Assembly: GCA_045863335.1 (NCBI GenBank)
Contig: BTVY01000004.1
Span: 1-64,000 of the forward strand
Source of the DNA: Candidatus Hydrogenedentota bacterium
GTDB lineage: Bacteria; Hydrogenedentota; Hydrogenedentia; Hydrogenedentales; SLHB01
Direction of reading: 5' to 3'
Length of the DNA: 64,000 bases
Below are positions 22,914 through 32,500 of the stretch, in pieces (positions within the stretch are counted from its first letter, which is position 1; the number at the start of each line of letters is the position of its first letter). The notes beneath the pieces were generated by a model, which did no database searches, had not been told where the DNA came from, and saw only the letters and a program-made list of their open reading frames with translations. A program made the position numbers and the translations under genes.

Positions 22914-23681
22914 ATGGGTACGATGCTGGACGATTTCGTTCAGGTGGCCGAACCGGACGCGACGCTGCCTTATCTCTCCCACTCGCGGGTGGATCGTTAT
23001 CTCCGCTGTCCCGAGCAATACCGGCTGTATTACGTGGAGAACTTGCGGCCGGCGGTAAAGGCCGCGAGTCTGGAATTCGGGCAAGCTATCCACCATTCCT
23101 TGGCGCGGTTCTACCAGAACCAAGAAAACCCAATCGATGTCTTTCTGGAGATCTGGGAAGGCTGGCGTGAAGAGGAACTCCGCTATGCGTTCCGGGAATC
23201 TTGGGAGAAGCTCCGGGAGCGGGGCCAAGGATTGCTCGCGCAGTTCCTGATGAAGCAGCAGCCGTCCCTGAGTTGCATCGAAGCCTCGGAGGAGAGGTTC
23301 GAGTTGAGTATCTCGAACCTGGACGTTTCCTTCGTGGGCGTTATCGACCTCGTGGCCCGAGTGGACGGTGTGGTGAGTGTCATCGACTTCAAGACATCGT
23401 CGTCCGCCTATCAGGACCATGAGGTTGAGTTGTCTGATCAGCTCACGGCATATCAGCTCGCCAAGCCGGAGGCTCAACAGAGCGTGTTCTGTGTCTTCGT
23501 TAAGACGAAGGAGCCGCGGATCGATTGGTATTATGCGCGACGCCGCCCGGAGCAGTTGACGGAATACCTAGAGAAGGTTGGTCAGGTGGGCAAACTGATT
23601 CAGCAGCAGGTGTTCTTCAAGCGGCCGGGGAAGTGGTGTGCGTATTGCGACTATTTGCCGATATGCGTGGGAAGTTGGTAG
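22914..23681 (+). CDS. PD-(D/E)xK (RecB/Cas4-like) nuclease
   Basis: LSHS....YL.CP, GVIDLV....VIDFKT, QL.AY, C..CDY..IC. Confidence 0.9.
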   Translation: MGTMLDDFVQVAEPDATLPYLSHSRVDRYLRCPEQYRLYYVENLRPAVKAASLEFGQAIHHSLARFYQNQENPIDVFLEIWEGWREEELRYAFRESWEKLRERGQGLLAQFLMKQQPSLSCIEASEERFELSISNLDVSFVGVIDLVARVDGVVSVIDFKTSSSAYQDHEVELSDQLTAYQLAKPEAQQSVFCVFVKTKEPRIDWYYARRRPEQLTEYLEKVGQVGKLIQQQVFFKRPGKWCAYCDYLPICVGSW

Positions 23682-23712
23682 ACGACGCAAATCGCAGGAA
23701 ACATTCTCGTCC

Positions 23713-23740
23713 AAGCCAGTACACCTTGTACTGGCTTTTC
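23713..23740 (+). terminator. Intrinsic terminator
   Basis: aagccagtaca-cct-tgtactggctt-ttc hairpin after the nuclease gene. Confidence 0.65.
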
Positions 23741-23821
23741 AAGCATACAGAAACAGCGTGGCTTGGTTTCGGCACAGCAAAAAAACCGCCGAAAGCTCGG
23801 CGGTTGAGAGTTGGGAGCCCT

Positions 23822-24013
23822 TTACGTTTTTGTGTCGGCTAACCGTTCTGACTTCGCTTGTCCCTTTGCCCGTTCATCTGACCCTCGAAGAAGTTTATCC
23901 ATCAAATCAAGGAAATCACTGTCGACGTAGCCAATATCTACTTCGCTGCTGTTCTGCGGTATATCCTCGTGAATAATCCGTTGGATTTCTGAATCAAACA
24001 GTACTTTGCCCAT
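23822..24013 (-). CDS. Small hypothetical protein
   Basis: Purine-rich RBS upstream; hairpin aaccgccg-aaagct-cggcggtt downstream. Confidence 0.45.
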   Translation of the reverse strand: MGKVLFDSEIQRIIHEDIPQNSSEVDIGYVDSDFLDLMDKLLRGSDERAKGQAKSERLADTKT

Positions 24014-24160
24014 ATGCTAGTCCCTTCCCTTCACGCAAGATAAAGGCCTTTCCCGCTCTCTACCCTATATAGTACCAGTCTCTGCTCTAAACTACAAGAT
24101 TTAGGGGGTAAGTTCTTTTAGAAAGCCAATTCTGATTCAGATCATGTCGCTCCCGGCGCG

Positions 24161-25354
24161 TCATTTTGACGGGGGATGAAGAACAGGTAGCAGAGTGACA
24201 TAGAGCATGTCCGCAATGCAAGCGCCGAGATGCCAGGCGGGAGATTCACGACAGAGAGTCTCATACTGTTCCCATTTCTTCCGATGCTCAAAAGCACAGG
24301 GTATTTGCGGGAATCCATCTATACAATTCCGATCAAAAGTAAGAAACCCCGAAAAGGTGAACTTCTCGGCCCCAGATGGCCTATGGCGTATCGGATACGC
24401 CAACGTAGACTTGTAGAGGCGTTTCCAGTTCTTTCTGTCACACGCGAATATTCTCCGATGTCGTACTAGATTGTTACAGGAGAACGATGAGAATGGTTGA
24501 GGCCAGTCATTGATACCGTCAGATTTGCCGAGAATGCTTGCGAAGACGCTGTTGCTCGTCGCGACATGTGCATTCTCTCTCCCATATTCAGGCTCTCTAT
24601 CAGAGGGGGAGGAACGGCCAATCGTGACGATTCGATAGACTTTGTTCGAGAAATCATTGACTTTAAGACAACAATGAGGAGGATCAGTTTCCGGACAATC
24701 TAGAATCTTTCCCAACGTTTTTCCTACACTCGAGCAGAAGACATTCGTGTCAGCACGTACTGGTGCATCCAACAATGTCTGGTGATCAACGGATGATATC
24801 CAGTGGGCGAGTTCCCGTATCATGTGAACGACACCATAGTGACAAAGGGTGTGCCAGGCCGTGTCAGTGCAATTTAAGGGGAGGCCCATGGTGACCTCTT
24901 GGATCTCTCGCATGATTTCATTACAGGCTGTTCCAAGTGCTGCTTTCAGATTTCCGTCACTTCGCCCGGAGTCGTACTCGGCGGCAACCACACCAAGTAG
25001 GTCAGTCGGGATGCGAAGTCGGGTTCGATTCTCGGGGATAACGATGAATACTCGGTTTCGTCCCAACCGGCCGGTAAACAAACCCAACTCAAAAATAACG
25101 TTGTCTCGCGTAACCCCTTCTTTCTTGCCCCTTATCCATAGTTTATCGACATCGGTAAGATCAAAGATCGCGAAATCAGCGCGCTCGGAAGCTTTCAATA
25201 GGGCGTCAAGTTGGAACTGCGCTGGTCGAAAGACTCCTTGATCCCACACAGTGATTTCGAAACTACGGCCCAGATTTGCTTGGATTGCGTGCGCGACATC
25301 GAGGTTCTCCGTAGCTGAACCGATAAAGATCCGAGGTTTGCGTCTAGCGAGCAT
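24161..25354 (-). CDS. TIR-domain (Cap12/Pycsar-type) protein with unknown C-terminal domain
   Basis: IFIGS, DFAIF, RDNVIFELGLF.GRLG..RVF, IPTDL.G. Confidence 0.85.
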   Translation of the reverse strand: MLARRKPRIFIGSATENLDVAHAIQANLGRSFEITVWDQGVFRPAQFQLDALLKASERADFAIFDLTDVDKLWIRGKKEGVTRDNVIFELGLFTGRLGRNRVFIVIPENRTRLRIPTDLLGVVAAEYDSGRSDGNLKAALGTACNEIMREIQEVTMGLPLNCTDTAWHTLCHYGVVHMIRELAHWISSVDHQTLLDAPVRADTNVFCSSVGKTLGKILDCPETDPPHCCLKVNDFSNKVYRIVTIGRSSPSDREPEYGRENAHVATSNSVFASILGKSDGINDWPQPFSSFSCNNLVRHRRIFACDRKNWKRLYKSTLAYPIRHRPSGAEKFTFSGFLTFDRNCIDGFPQIPCAFEHRKKWEQYETLCRESPAWHLGACIADMLYVTLLPVLHPPSK

Positions 25355-25551
25355 TATCCATTGCCTCCGTCTGAATGGATAATGCTAGAATCATATTCTA
25401 TAGTCAAGTAGACGAATATCCTCGACACTCGCTCGACAGGTGTGGATCGCTTCGCTTTTCTCTCTGACTGACCGCGTATTGTCATACCTTTTCCAGCCTT
25501 GAATGTTTTCGCCTGCTGTCAGACAGTGTTGAATATTGGGTTTCGCCGGAC

Positions 25552-25944
25552 CTAAAAGGCCGCCCGACCATCGGCGATAATGTTCGCAAATTGGCTGTGC
25601 TGATAGCCGCCCGGATGTTCTTGCTTGTACTCCTGCCACAACAGAATCAGTGTCACCTCTTTACGCTTGAGTTCCTGGTGGACCTGCGGCCAGTCCGGCT
25701 GGGGGCGCCGGTTCACTGCTCCCGACAGGGGCGCTGCGAACAGAAGCCTTTCCAGACCTTCCTCGTCCAGTTCCTCTGGCAGGGGCCAGGACAACCCCGC
25801 GCGCACCGCCCGCCGAAGATAATCCCGCACCGTCGTCTCGCCAACCCCACAACTCTCGGCTACCGCCCGGTTGCTCAGTCCGCCTTCCCATTTCAGTCGT
25901 AGCACTTCCTGAATCTTGCGCATGGACAATCTCTCCCTCGGCAT
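25552..25944 (-). pseudogene. istA: IS21-family istA 5' fragment
   Basis: MPRERLSMRKIQEVLRL, GLSWPLP, PDW..VH.ELKRK.VTL.LLWQEY; ends before the DDE domain. Confidence 0.9.
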
Positions 25945-26019
25945 CGCGGCCTCCTTCGCTTGCGGTCCCTGCGACCACAAAAGGCACACGATACGTTTAA
26001 GGTTTGAAACTGTCCCGCG

Positions 26020-26193
26020 TTCGCTACGCCCCGCTGCGCGGGGTCCGGAACGGGTGCGCGGATTCCTCCGGAACGGATCCGCGCGCGCCCCGGAATCACT
26101 GCGCGGATTGAATCGGAATTCGTGCGCGGATTATCCCGGAATCACTCCGCGCTTTCCCCCGGAATCCAACCGCGCTTTGCTCCGGAATACGCA
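26020..26193 (-). repeat. IS21 left end with tandem transposase-binding repeats
   Basis: Terminal TGCGTATTCCGG (minus strand) and several cgcg..tt..ccggaat repeats. Confidence 0.8.
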
Positions 26194-26308
26194 CCAGTAC
26201 TTGGTTCTTAGTCATAATGCAAGAATAGCAGGAAGACGCCTCGTTTGTACGGTGCTGGCAGAAGAAGCAGCGGAATGACGGACTTTGCTCTCGTAGGATG
26301 ACCTTTGC

Positions 26309-26435
26309 CAGTGGACTTCGGGGACTTCACCTGGAGTCCTACCAGCCTCTTGCCAATCTCCCTCTGTCCGATAGAATGGAATCACCCCGGCAAGCATTAC
26401 CCCCAAAGTTCGAAGTCTGGCTCGATACGGGGCAC
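26309..26435. repeat. Array repeat R1 (GACTTC iterons + motif + internally deleted recombinase tail + att core)
   Basis: gtggacttcggggacttcacctgg...ttgccaatctccctctgtccgatagaatggaat-caccccggcaagcatt...aaagttcgaagtctggctcgatacggggcac. Confidence 0.9.
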
Positions 26436-26705
26436 GCGTTCCATTGCGGAACGATATGCCTTTTCTAACTTAAACTTATTCAAGAATGCATCGTACTCTT
26501 CGGTCCGCGGGGTTCCAGTGCGTCTGAGAGATTTTTGGAGTATGGGCTTACCCGCTCGTGTGTAGGTGAAGCGAACGAACTAGGTACAGAGCTGGAACTG
26601 AACATCCACAAAAATCTCTTCATTCGGTGGCAAATTCCGTTTGTTGCTCCGCAGTAAATAAGTAGAGGCAATTGGGCCTCGACAGAAGTCGTAGGAGAAG
26701 GACTA

Positions 26706-27206
26706 ATGGAAACCAAAGAAACCGGACCGAAAGTCGCGTACCCGCAAGGTGATCGCGAGAGTGAGGTGCGCATCCACATCGATCACAAGCCGTACGACTC
26801 GCCCAATCCAACGACTGGAAAGGCGCTGTACACGCTCGGTCAAATCGTTGAAGACCTCGTGCTTCTCCGTCAGGTTCAGTGCGGTGGAGAAGTCATCGAG
26901 ATTCCCAACAGTACGGACGTGATTGAACTGCGGCCAGGCGAACAATTTCACACCGGACCGCGTGAGAAGACGGAAACCACGATCATCGTCAACGGCCGGC
27001 AGAGATCAGTATCCCAAAAACACCTGTCGTTTCTTGAAGTAGTTGCTCTCGCCTTTGACCCCATCCCCACCGGGCCAAACCTGATCTTCACGATTACCTA
27101 TTGGCACGGACCGCGTCCCAACCCGGAAGGAACGTTGTTAGAAGGATCGAAGGTCAGAATCGCCGAGGGTATGGTTTTCAATGTCACACAAACTGATAAA
27201 TCGTAG
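26706..27206 (+). CDS. Multi-ubiquitin-domain protein (bacterial Ubl)
   Basis: Two beta-grasp-like repeats (IHID.K.Y...TG.ALY; IIVNGR...LSF.EVV.LAF), ends FNVTQTDKS. Confidence 0.85.
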   Translation: METKETGPKVAYPQGDRESEVRIHIDHKPYDSPNPTTGKALYTLGQIVEDLVLLRQVQCGGEVIEIPNSTDVIELRPGEQFHTGPREKTETTIIVNGRQRSVSQKHLSFLEVVALAFDPIPTGPNLIFTITYWHGPRPNPEGTLLEGSKVRIAEGMVFNVTQTDKS

Positions 27207-28368
27207 CCCGGACCTGAATCGTCTACGTGACGAAGGTTACAATCTAGAGATTCGGTCCGGCTTTCTGCTGGTCAAGGACGTTCCTTATGTAAACTCTTCC
27301 AAAGAGGTCAAGAGGGGAACGCTTGTTACAAAACTTGTACTCGCGGGTGACGTGACCACACAGCCGGATAATCATGTCGCCTACTTCATAGGCGAGCACC
27401 CGTGCCGTCAAGATGGGCGCGAAATCCACCAGATCAAGAATCAGAGCAATAATCAGGTGCTTGCGGAGGACGTAGTGATTAATCACACATTCTCGGCAAA
27501 ACCAAAACCGACGGGTCAGTATCCCGACTACTATGCCAAGGTGAGCACCTATGTTGCCATTCTCTCGGGACCTGCCCAAGCGATTGACCCGTCTGCGGTG
27601 GCGACAATGCACTCACTAATTGAGCCAGATCGAGAAGATGATACGGCGGTGTTTAACTATGTCGACACAGCGTCAAGCCGGGCCGAGATCGGAACCATCA
27701 CGTGCAAATTGGAACTTGGAAACATCGCAATTGTCGGCATGGGAGGAACGGGGGGCTATGTGCTGGACCTCGTGGCAAAAACTCCCGTGAAGCAGATTCA
27801 TCTTTACGACGGCGATACCTTCTATCAGCACAACGCATTTCGCTCTCCCGGCGCACCATCGGTGAATGAACTCAGGGCCAAGCCAAGCAAGGCGGCATAC
27901 ATGCGTGAAGTGTATTCGAAGATGCATCGCGGAATAGTTGCTCATGAACATTACATCGATACCGGAAGTGTGGAACAGTTGCGGAGTATGGACTTCGTCT
28001 TCCTCTGTCTCGACCGGGGAGCCGCGAAGGAGCTGATCGTCCCGTGGCTGGAGGAGTTTGACGTGCCCTTCGTCGATGTCGGAATGGGCCTTCATGTCAA
28101 CGACGGCTCGCTGGGGGGTATCGTGCGCGTTACAGCCAGCACGTCTGCAAAGCGCGATCATGTCAGGTCTAGGATTCAGTTCTCTGATGGCGACGGCCAC
28201 AACGACTACGCACAGAACATTCAGATTGCCGACTTGAATGCCCTGAACGCGGCTTTGGCCGTCATCAAATGGAAGAAGCACTTTGGCTTTTACCGGGACT
28301 TAAGTCATGAACACAACAGCACATACACGTTGGACGGCAACGTCCTCGTTAATGAAGACTGCCCATGA
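27181..28368 (+). CDS. E2-like/ThiF (E1) fusion protein
   Basis: N-terminal LLVKDVPYVN...HTFS.KP domain; IAIVGMGGTGGY, DGD....HN.FR.PG, FVFLCLD. Confidence 0.88.
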   Translation: MSHKLINRSPDLNRLRDEGYNLEIRSGFLLVKDVPYVNSSKEVKRGTLVTKLVLAGDVTTQPDNHVAYFIGEHPCRQDGREIHQIKNQSNNQVLAEDVVINHTFSAKPKPTGQYPDYYAKVSTYVAILSGPAQAIDPSAVATMHSLIEPDREDDTAVFNYVDTASSRAEIGTITCKLELGNIAIVGMGGTGGYVLDLVAKTPVKQIHLYDGDTFYQHNAFRSPGAPSVNELRAKPSKAAYMREVYSKMHRGIVAHEHYIDTGSVEQLRSMDFVFLCLDRGAAKELIVPWLEEFDVPFVDVGMGLHVNDGSLGGIVRVTASTSAKRDHVRSRIQFSDGDGHNDYAQNIQIADLNALNAALAVIKWKKHFGFYRDLSHEHNSTYTLDGNVLVNEDCP

Positions 28369-28817
28369 GAACTACGAAGTTATCCCACCAATTCGTGGAG
28401 TTCATTCCCGATACTATCCAGGAGCGGACATTGTATGTGTCGGTGAAATTCGCAACGGTCGTCCACAAATGCTGCTGCGGTTGCGGAAAGGAGGTTGTCA
28501 CTCCCCTGAGCCCTACGGACTGGAAGCTCACGTACGATGGAAAGACAATCTCCCTCGCGCCTTCCATCGGGAACTGGGGCCTCGAATGCCGATCCCATTA
28601 TTGGATCAGGAACAATCGTGTCTACTGGGCGCCTTCCTGGTCACAATGGGAGATCCAGGCCGGGCGCGCGCATGACCGGATATCAAAGGAGGAGTACTTC
28701 GGCACCGGTCCCAAGTCACAGGCTGCCGTTTCCGACCAACCGCCGATTCCGGCCTCCCGTGAGGAAGGCGGAATGTGGTCGATACTGAGCAAGCTTTGGC
28801 GACGCTCGTTCAAGTAA
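28365..28817 (+). CDS. DUF6527-family protein (putative Ubl peptidase)
   Basis: HKCCCGCG..VVTPL, SL.PSIGNW...CRSHYWI; ATGA overlap with the E1 gene. Confidence 0.85.
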   Translation: MRTTKLSHQFVEFIPDTIQERTLYVSVKFATVVHKCCCGCGKEVVTPLSPTDWKLTYDGKTISLAPSIGNWGLECRSHYWIRNNRVYWAPSWSQWEIQAGRAHDRISKEEYFGTGPKSQAAVSDQPPIPASREEGGMWSILSKLWRRSFK

Positions 28818-29313
28818 GTTCGGCTCGTCATCTGGCGGACTGAGCTTAGCACATTATAAAGGACGTTTTTCTACACTAAGATGGCACAATCGATCAAATT
28901 GGCGACCGGCACTAACGGTCATTCCTCTACCGCGCTAGCAGTGACCAGGGACGAAAGCGCCTCCTGTCGGTTCGTCGGGTTGCCCACAGTCAACACCCGA
29001 AATTTGAACAGCCGTCACGCCTATGCGTGTACCGTGACCAGCTTATGTCTGTGGTGCAAATCCCGATACCCCCTCGGACCGGCGACTCTGAATCTGATTA
29101 CGGGGTTGCAAGAAGTTTCCCTAAATCTCACCCGTACCAGTAATTGGTCCGGTCCTTACCCGGCAAGCCAAGATACAAGGTCATTGGTTTCCGGAAACCG
29201 GTTTTGCCGTGTTCCGCTACCGCCTCGGTGGAATCTTCGCAAAAAGTCGCAAAATATGCCGATCCCGTGGCAGTGTATAATTACGGGCAGGCAAGGAGAG
29301 GTAGACGAGAGGA

Positions 29314-29958
29314 ATGGACAGAGAAGCCAATCGTATTCAACTACTCGAACAACAGCCTTGGGAAGAAATCATTCTAGGGCTGGACAAGTATGCGCTCCAG
29401 AAGGCGCGGCGCCTGTATTGGCCCACCGCCTCAGGGCGGCTCGACATACTGGCCAAGGGTGCATCCCCAACGGACATCGCGCGAGAGGCGATAGCGAGGC
29501 TGTTTGAAGGCACACGGGATTGGGACCCGGACAAAGAGCCTGATGTTCTTCGCTATCTCAAGAGTGTCGTCGACAGTTTGATGTCAGCTCTTGTGGAGTC
29601 GGCCGAAGTGGCAGAGGTGAGAGTCAGCGTCGCATATGATGAAACGGATGCTTCCACAGTGATAAGCCCTTCTCAGGCATCCGTTGTGGTGGAATCGACC
29701 GCGCTGCACCCAGCGCCACTTTCGCCAGAGCTTGTGGCGCAAGAGAACGAACTGCGGGAGCGAATATTGGCGGCCGTAGCTGGAGACGAATTCCTGGAAC
29801 TACTTGTGCTTTGTCTGGCTGAAGGCCACACCAAGCGCAGCGACATTGCAAGGGAGCTCGGCGTGTCGGCGGACGAAGTAACGAACCTTAGGAGGCGGCT
29901 GCAGCGCGTTGTTGACTGCGACGTGCTGGGGGTGACAGGGAAAGGGAGGCGAGAGTGA
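29314..29958 (+). CDS. ECF-sigma-like HTH protein
   Basis: DIAREAI..LF.G.R.WDP region-2-like segment; C-terminal HTH DIARELGVS.DEV.N.RRRL. Confidence 0.7.
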   Translation: MDREANRIQLLEQQPWEEIILGLDKYALQKARRLYWPTASGRLDILAKGASPTDIAREAIARLFEGTRDWDPDKEPDVLRYLKSVVDSLMSALVESAEVAEVRVSVAYDETDASTVISPSQASVVVESTALHPAPLSPELVAQENELRERILAAVAGDEFLELLVLCLAEGHTKRSDIARELGVSADEVTNLRRRLQRVVDCDVLGVTGKGRRE

Positions 29959-30410
29959 TGAGCAATCAAGATGGTAAAAGCTCGAGAGACTTTGCTTCCA
30001 ATCTCTTCGAGTTTCTGGAAGAAGAGGAGACATTAGGTAGTCTGGCCGATCTCAAGGAAGAGCTGCAAGCAAGCGGCATTGATCCAGAGGTAGAGACGCG
30101 CTGGGCAACTGAATACGCGGGCGAGCAGATTCGGATGCTGAAAACAAGGCGCATACAGGCTGCCTCGGAAACACGCAACGCGCTGTTGAACCAGCTTAAG
30201 ACACTCCGGACGCGCGGTTCTGCAGGAGTGGTCGCCGTGGTTGATCGACTGCTTAGCCAATTCCAATGTGGCCAACTCCAAGGCCTGGAAGCGATACAAG
30301 CCCAGTTCAGCAAACTGGAAAATCCTACCGAAGCCGACTTGCGCAGTCTCTTGGAAGATTGGGTAGAAATCGAGAAGTGGGGTGACAGTACCGAATCGGA
30401 CAAGGAGTAG
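29955..30410 (+). CDS. Hypothetical protein (possible anti-sigma-like partner)
   Basis: Overlaps the sigma-like stop; lies between it and the peptidase gene. Confidence 0.65.
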   Translation: MMSNQDGKSSRDFASNLFEFLEEEETLGSLADLKEELQASGIDPEVETRWATEYAGEQIRMLKTRRIQAASETRNALLNQLKTLRTRGSAGVVAVVDRLLSQFQCGQLQGLEAIQAQFSKLENPTEADLRSLLEDWVEIEKWGDSTESDKE

Positions 30411-30416
30411 AGTCTG

Positions 30417-31265
30417 TTGCCCGAACCATCTGAGGCACACGCACGAGCAATCGCGCTTCGGGTACTGAACGAATCCATGGTATGCGAACCCGCGCACCTC
30501 GATGTGTACGCCATCGCGTTCATGAGAAAGGTTCTTGTAGAAGAGGGGATGCTTCAGGGTGCCCAAGGGAGGCTAATTATTCGCGAAGGCCGCGGAAAGG
30601 TGCGGATAGATGAGACGATACCCGAGTTGGGAAGAAAGCGATTCGTCGCCGCGCATGAATTAGGCCATTTTGAACTACACTACTCCAAGGCGCCTCTGTT
30701 ATTTTCTTGCAAAGCAGAGTATTTCGATCTTTGGAGGCAGACGAATCCAGCTGCCGAGCGGGAGGCGAATGCGTTCGCTGCCGAATTTCTGATGCCAAAG
30801 CCTATGTTCGCGCCCCTGTGTACGGGGTGCAATCCTACCTTTGACGTCATTACGGACTTGGCCGGCACTTTCAAAACCAGCCTGACAGCGACGAGCCTTC
30901 GGTTCATTGATCTAACATCCGCCGCATGTCTCGTTGTGAGTTCCAATGCGGGCGTAGTCCAATGGAGCGTATCCTCAAAGGGCTTCGATCAAAGGATTCG
31001 GTCCGGGCAGTCCTTGAGCCAAAACACATACGCGTACGATTTTTTTCAAGGACAAGCGCTGCCCAAAGGACCTCAGGAAGTATTAGCCGCTGCTTGGTTT
31101 CCCGAGGCGCGTCTGAAGCCAGATGCCACCTTATTGGAAGACTCCGTTGGCATGTCGGCCTACGGATCGGTCCTGACGATTCTCCATATTCTGAATCTAA
31201 TCGAAGCCGAGGATGACCCGGTGGACGAACATTTTACACCCGATGGCCGTCGATATCGCTGGTAG
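30417..31265 (+). CDS. ImmA/IrrE-family metallopeptidase
   Basis: RKRFVAAHELGH, EREANAFAAEFLMP, F.TSLTA. Confidence 0.92.
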   Translation: MPEPSEAHARAIALRVLNESMVCEPAHLDVYAIAFMRKVLVEEGMLQGAQGRLIIREGRGKVRIDETIPELGRKRFVAAHELGHFELHYSKAPLLFSCKAEYFDLWRQTNPAAEREANAFAAEFLMPKPMFAPLCTGCNPTFDVITDLAGTFKTSLTATSLRFIDLTSAACLVVSSNAGVVQWSVSSKGFDQRIRSGQSLSQNTYAYDFFQGQALPKGPQEVLAAAWFPEARLKPDATLLEDSVGMSAYGSVLTILHILNLIEAEDDPVDEHFTPDGRRYRW

Positions 31266-31279
31266 CCTGATATCCCCCG

Positions 31280-31304
31280 TTCACCTGCCTCGATACGGGT
31301 CACA
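31280..31304. repeat. Array repeat R2 (collapsed: ttcacctg fused to att core)
   Basis: ttcacctgcctcgatacgggtcaca; the 19-mer ctgcctcgatacgggtcac is identical to R3 and R6. Confidence 0.8.
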
Positions 31305-31768
31305 CGCCTTTGCCGCTCACGGCAAGATTTCACAGACGAAGATTTGGCTCAACTGAGCCGTTTTTCGATTACGGTTGGTGGAGACAACTATTTGAATTCT
31401 ATCGGACAGTTCCGAATTCCGGTGAGGATTCGAACCGGAATTCTTCAAGCGGTCGGGGAAGTGGTGTGTACAGTGTGATTTTTTCCAATCTGCATCGGAA
31501 ACGGGAGGTGAAACGCATCCCTCAAGACTCTGTAAAATCATTAAGCCAACACAATCTCTTGATTTTTCTTGTCTCCTTCTTTTCTTGGCTTGCAGATTGC
31601 TTCTGGTATGTTGGGCAATAAGGACCGACACTGGAATTCCATCCACATCCTCCCGCAAGTCGTTGCAGCCACGTATTACGAATCGCGCATGACTCGAATT
31701 GTGGCTGTAGCTTGTACTAATTGCGCGCCCGCCAGAAGTGCCGTGCAGGGCTATACCGCATTCGTCAG

Positions 31769-32500
31769 TCATCCCAACCATTCCGTAACGAGAAGCTTAA
31801 TGTGTTCCGCTTCTGCCACACCACCAGCATGAATTAGGTTCCGTACTTGATGACCACGTCCTCGTTGGTACCGAAAAAAATACCGCACATACGTCTTTAC
31901 CCACTCGAGACCGGCAAAGCTTTGTTCCCCTTCAAGGAGCAGTAAACATGATTCACCCCTACAGAGGTACGATACAAGAGGTCGAAACAAAGCAGGCTCC
32001 CGACGGATTGCGTCTGCACAGATGAAGCGTACGTCACTTGCGGTGAATGTAAAATGACCAGAGGCCAGAACGTGCAGTCCCAACGCTTCAGCACTGTTTG
32101 TGACTATATCAAGAAGCGTGAAAGAACTCCTGATCGCTTCGCAATCCACCGCGCATTTCGCTAAACGCTCAGTGCATAAACTGCGATCAAGTAGCGGCTC
32201 GGCAAAGCTAGCTTCGGCCCGTGCACGAAAGCAGACTTGTTCGAGTGCGGCCGTAGCCCGCCATATTGAGCTTCGGCATTTGAAATCCTTTTGTTCCGGA
32301 AGGACATTCGCTAAGCCGCATCGAAGCGCATAAAAGTAATCCCTTGATCGCAGATAACCACATGTCGCGTACGACCCTCTAAGTGCATCTGGCTTGAGTA
32401 CCATCGCTCCTCTGAGGGTCGAGAGGGACGCCATGGCGGCTAGCCTAGTCTTCGCGCAACTGCCCAGGACCGCACTTAAGTGTCCGAGCTTCCGGAACAA
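31769..32500 (-). CDS. Nucleoside-diphosphate-kinase-like protein
   Basis: MVLKPDA near the N-terminus and VRNLIHA near the C-terminus resemble NDK motifs; real start probably near 32435. Confidence 0.55.
   Translation of the reverse strand: MFRKLGHLSAVLGSCAKTRLAAMASLSTLRGAMVLKPDALRGSYATCGYLRSRDYFYALRCGLANVLPEQKDFKCRSSIWRATAALEQVCFRARAEASFAEPLLDRSLCTERLAKCAVDCEAIRSSFTLLDIVTNSAEALGLHVLASGHFTFTASDVRFICADAIRREPALFRPLVSYLCRGESCLLLLEGEQSFAGLEWVKTYVRYFFRYQRGRGHQVRNLIHAGGVAEAEHIKLLVTEWLG

Noticed and set aside
22914-23681. Cas4 / CRISPR-Cas locus
   Set aside because: No cas1, cas2 or array is present; this is a generic PD-(D/E)xK nuclease of a mobile element.
26020-26193. Short tandem repeats resembling a CRISPR array
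   Set aside because: The repeats are degenerate and nearly abutting with no unique spacers. They end in a TG-type terminus upstream of istA, so they are an IS21 end.
28881-29313. 208-aa ORF upstream of the sigma-like gene
   Set aside because: It overlaps the better-supported 29314 ORF in another frame and has no motif; likely intergenic or decayed DNA.
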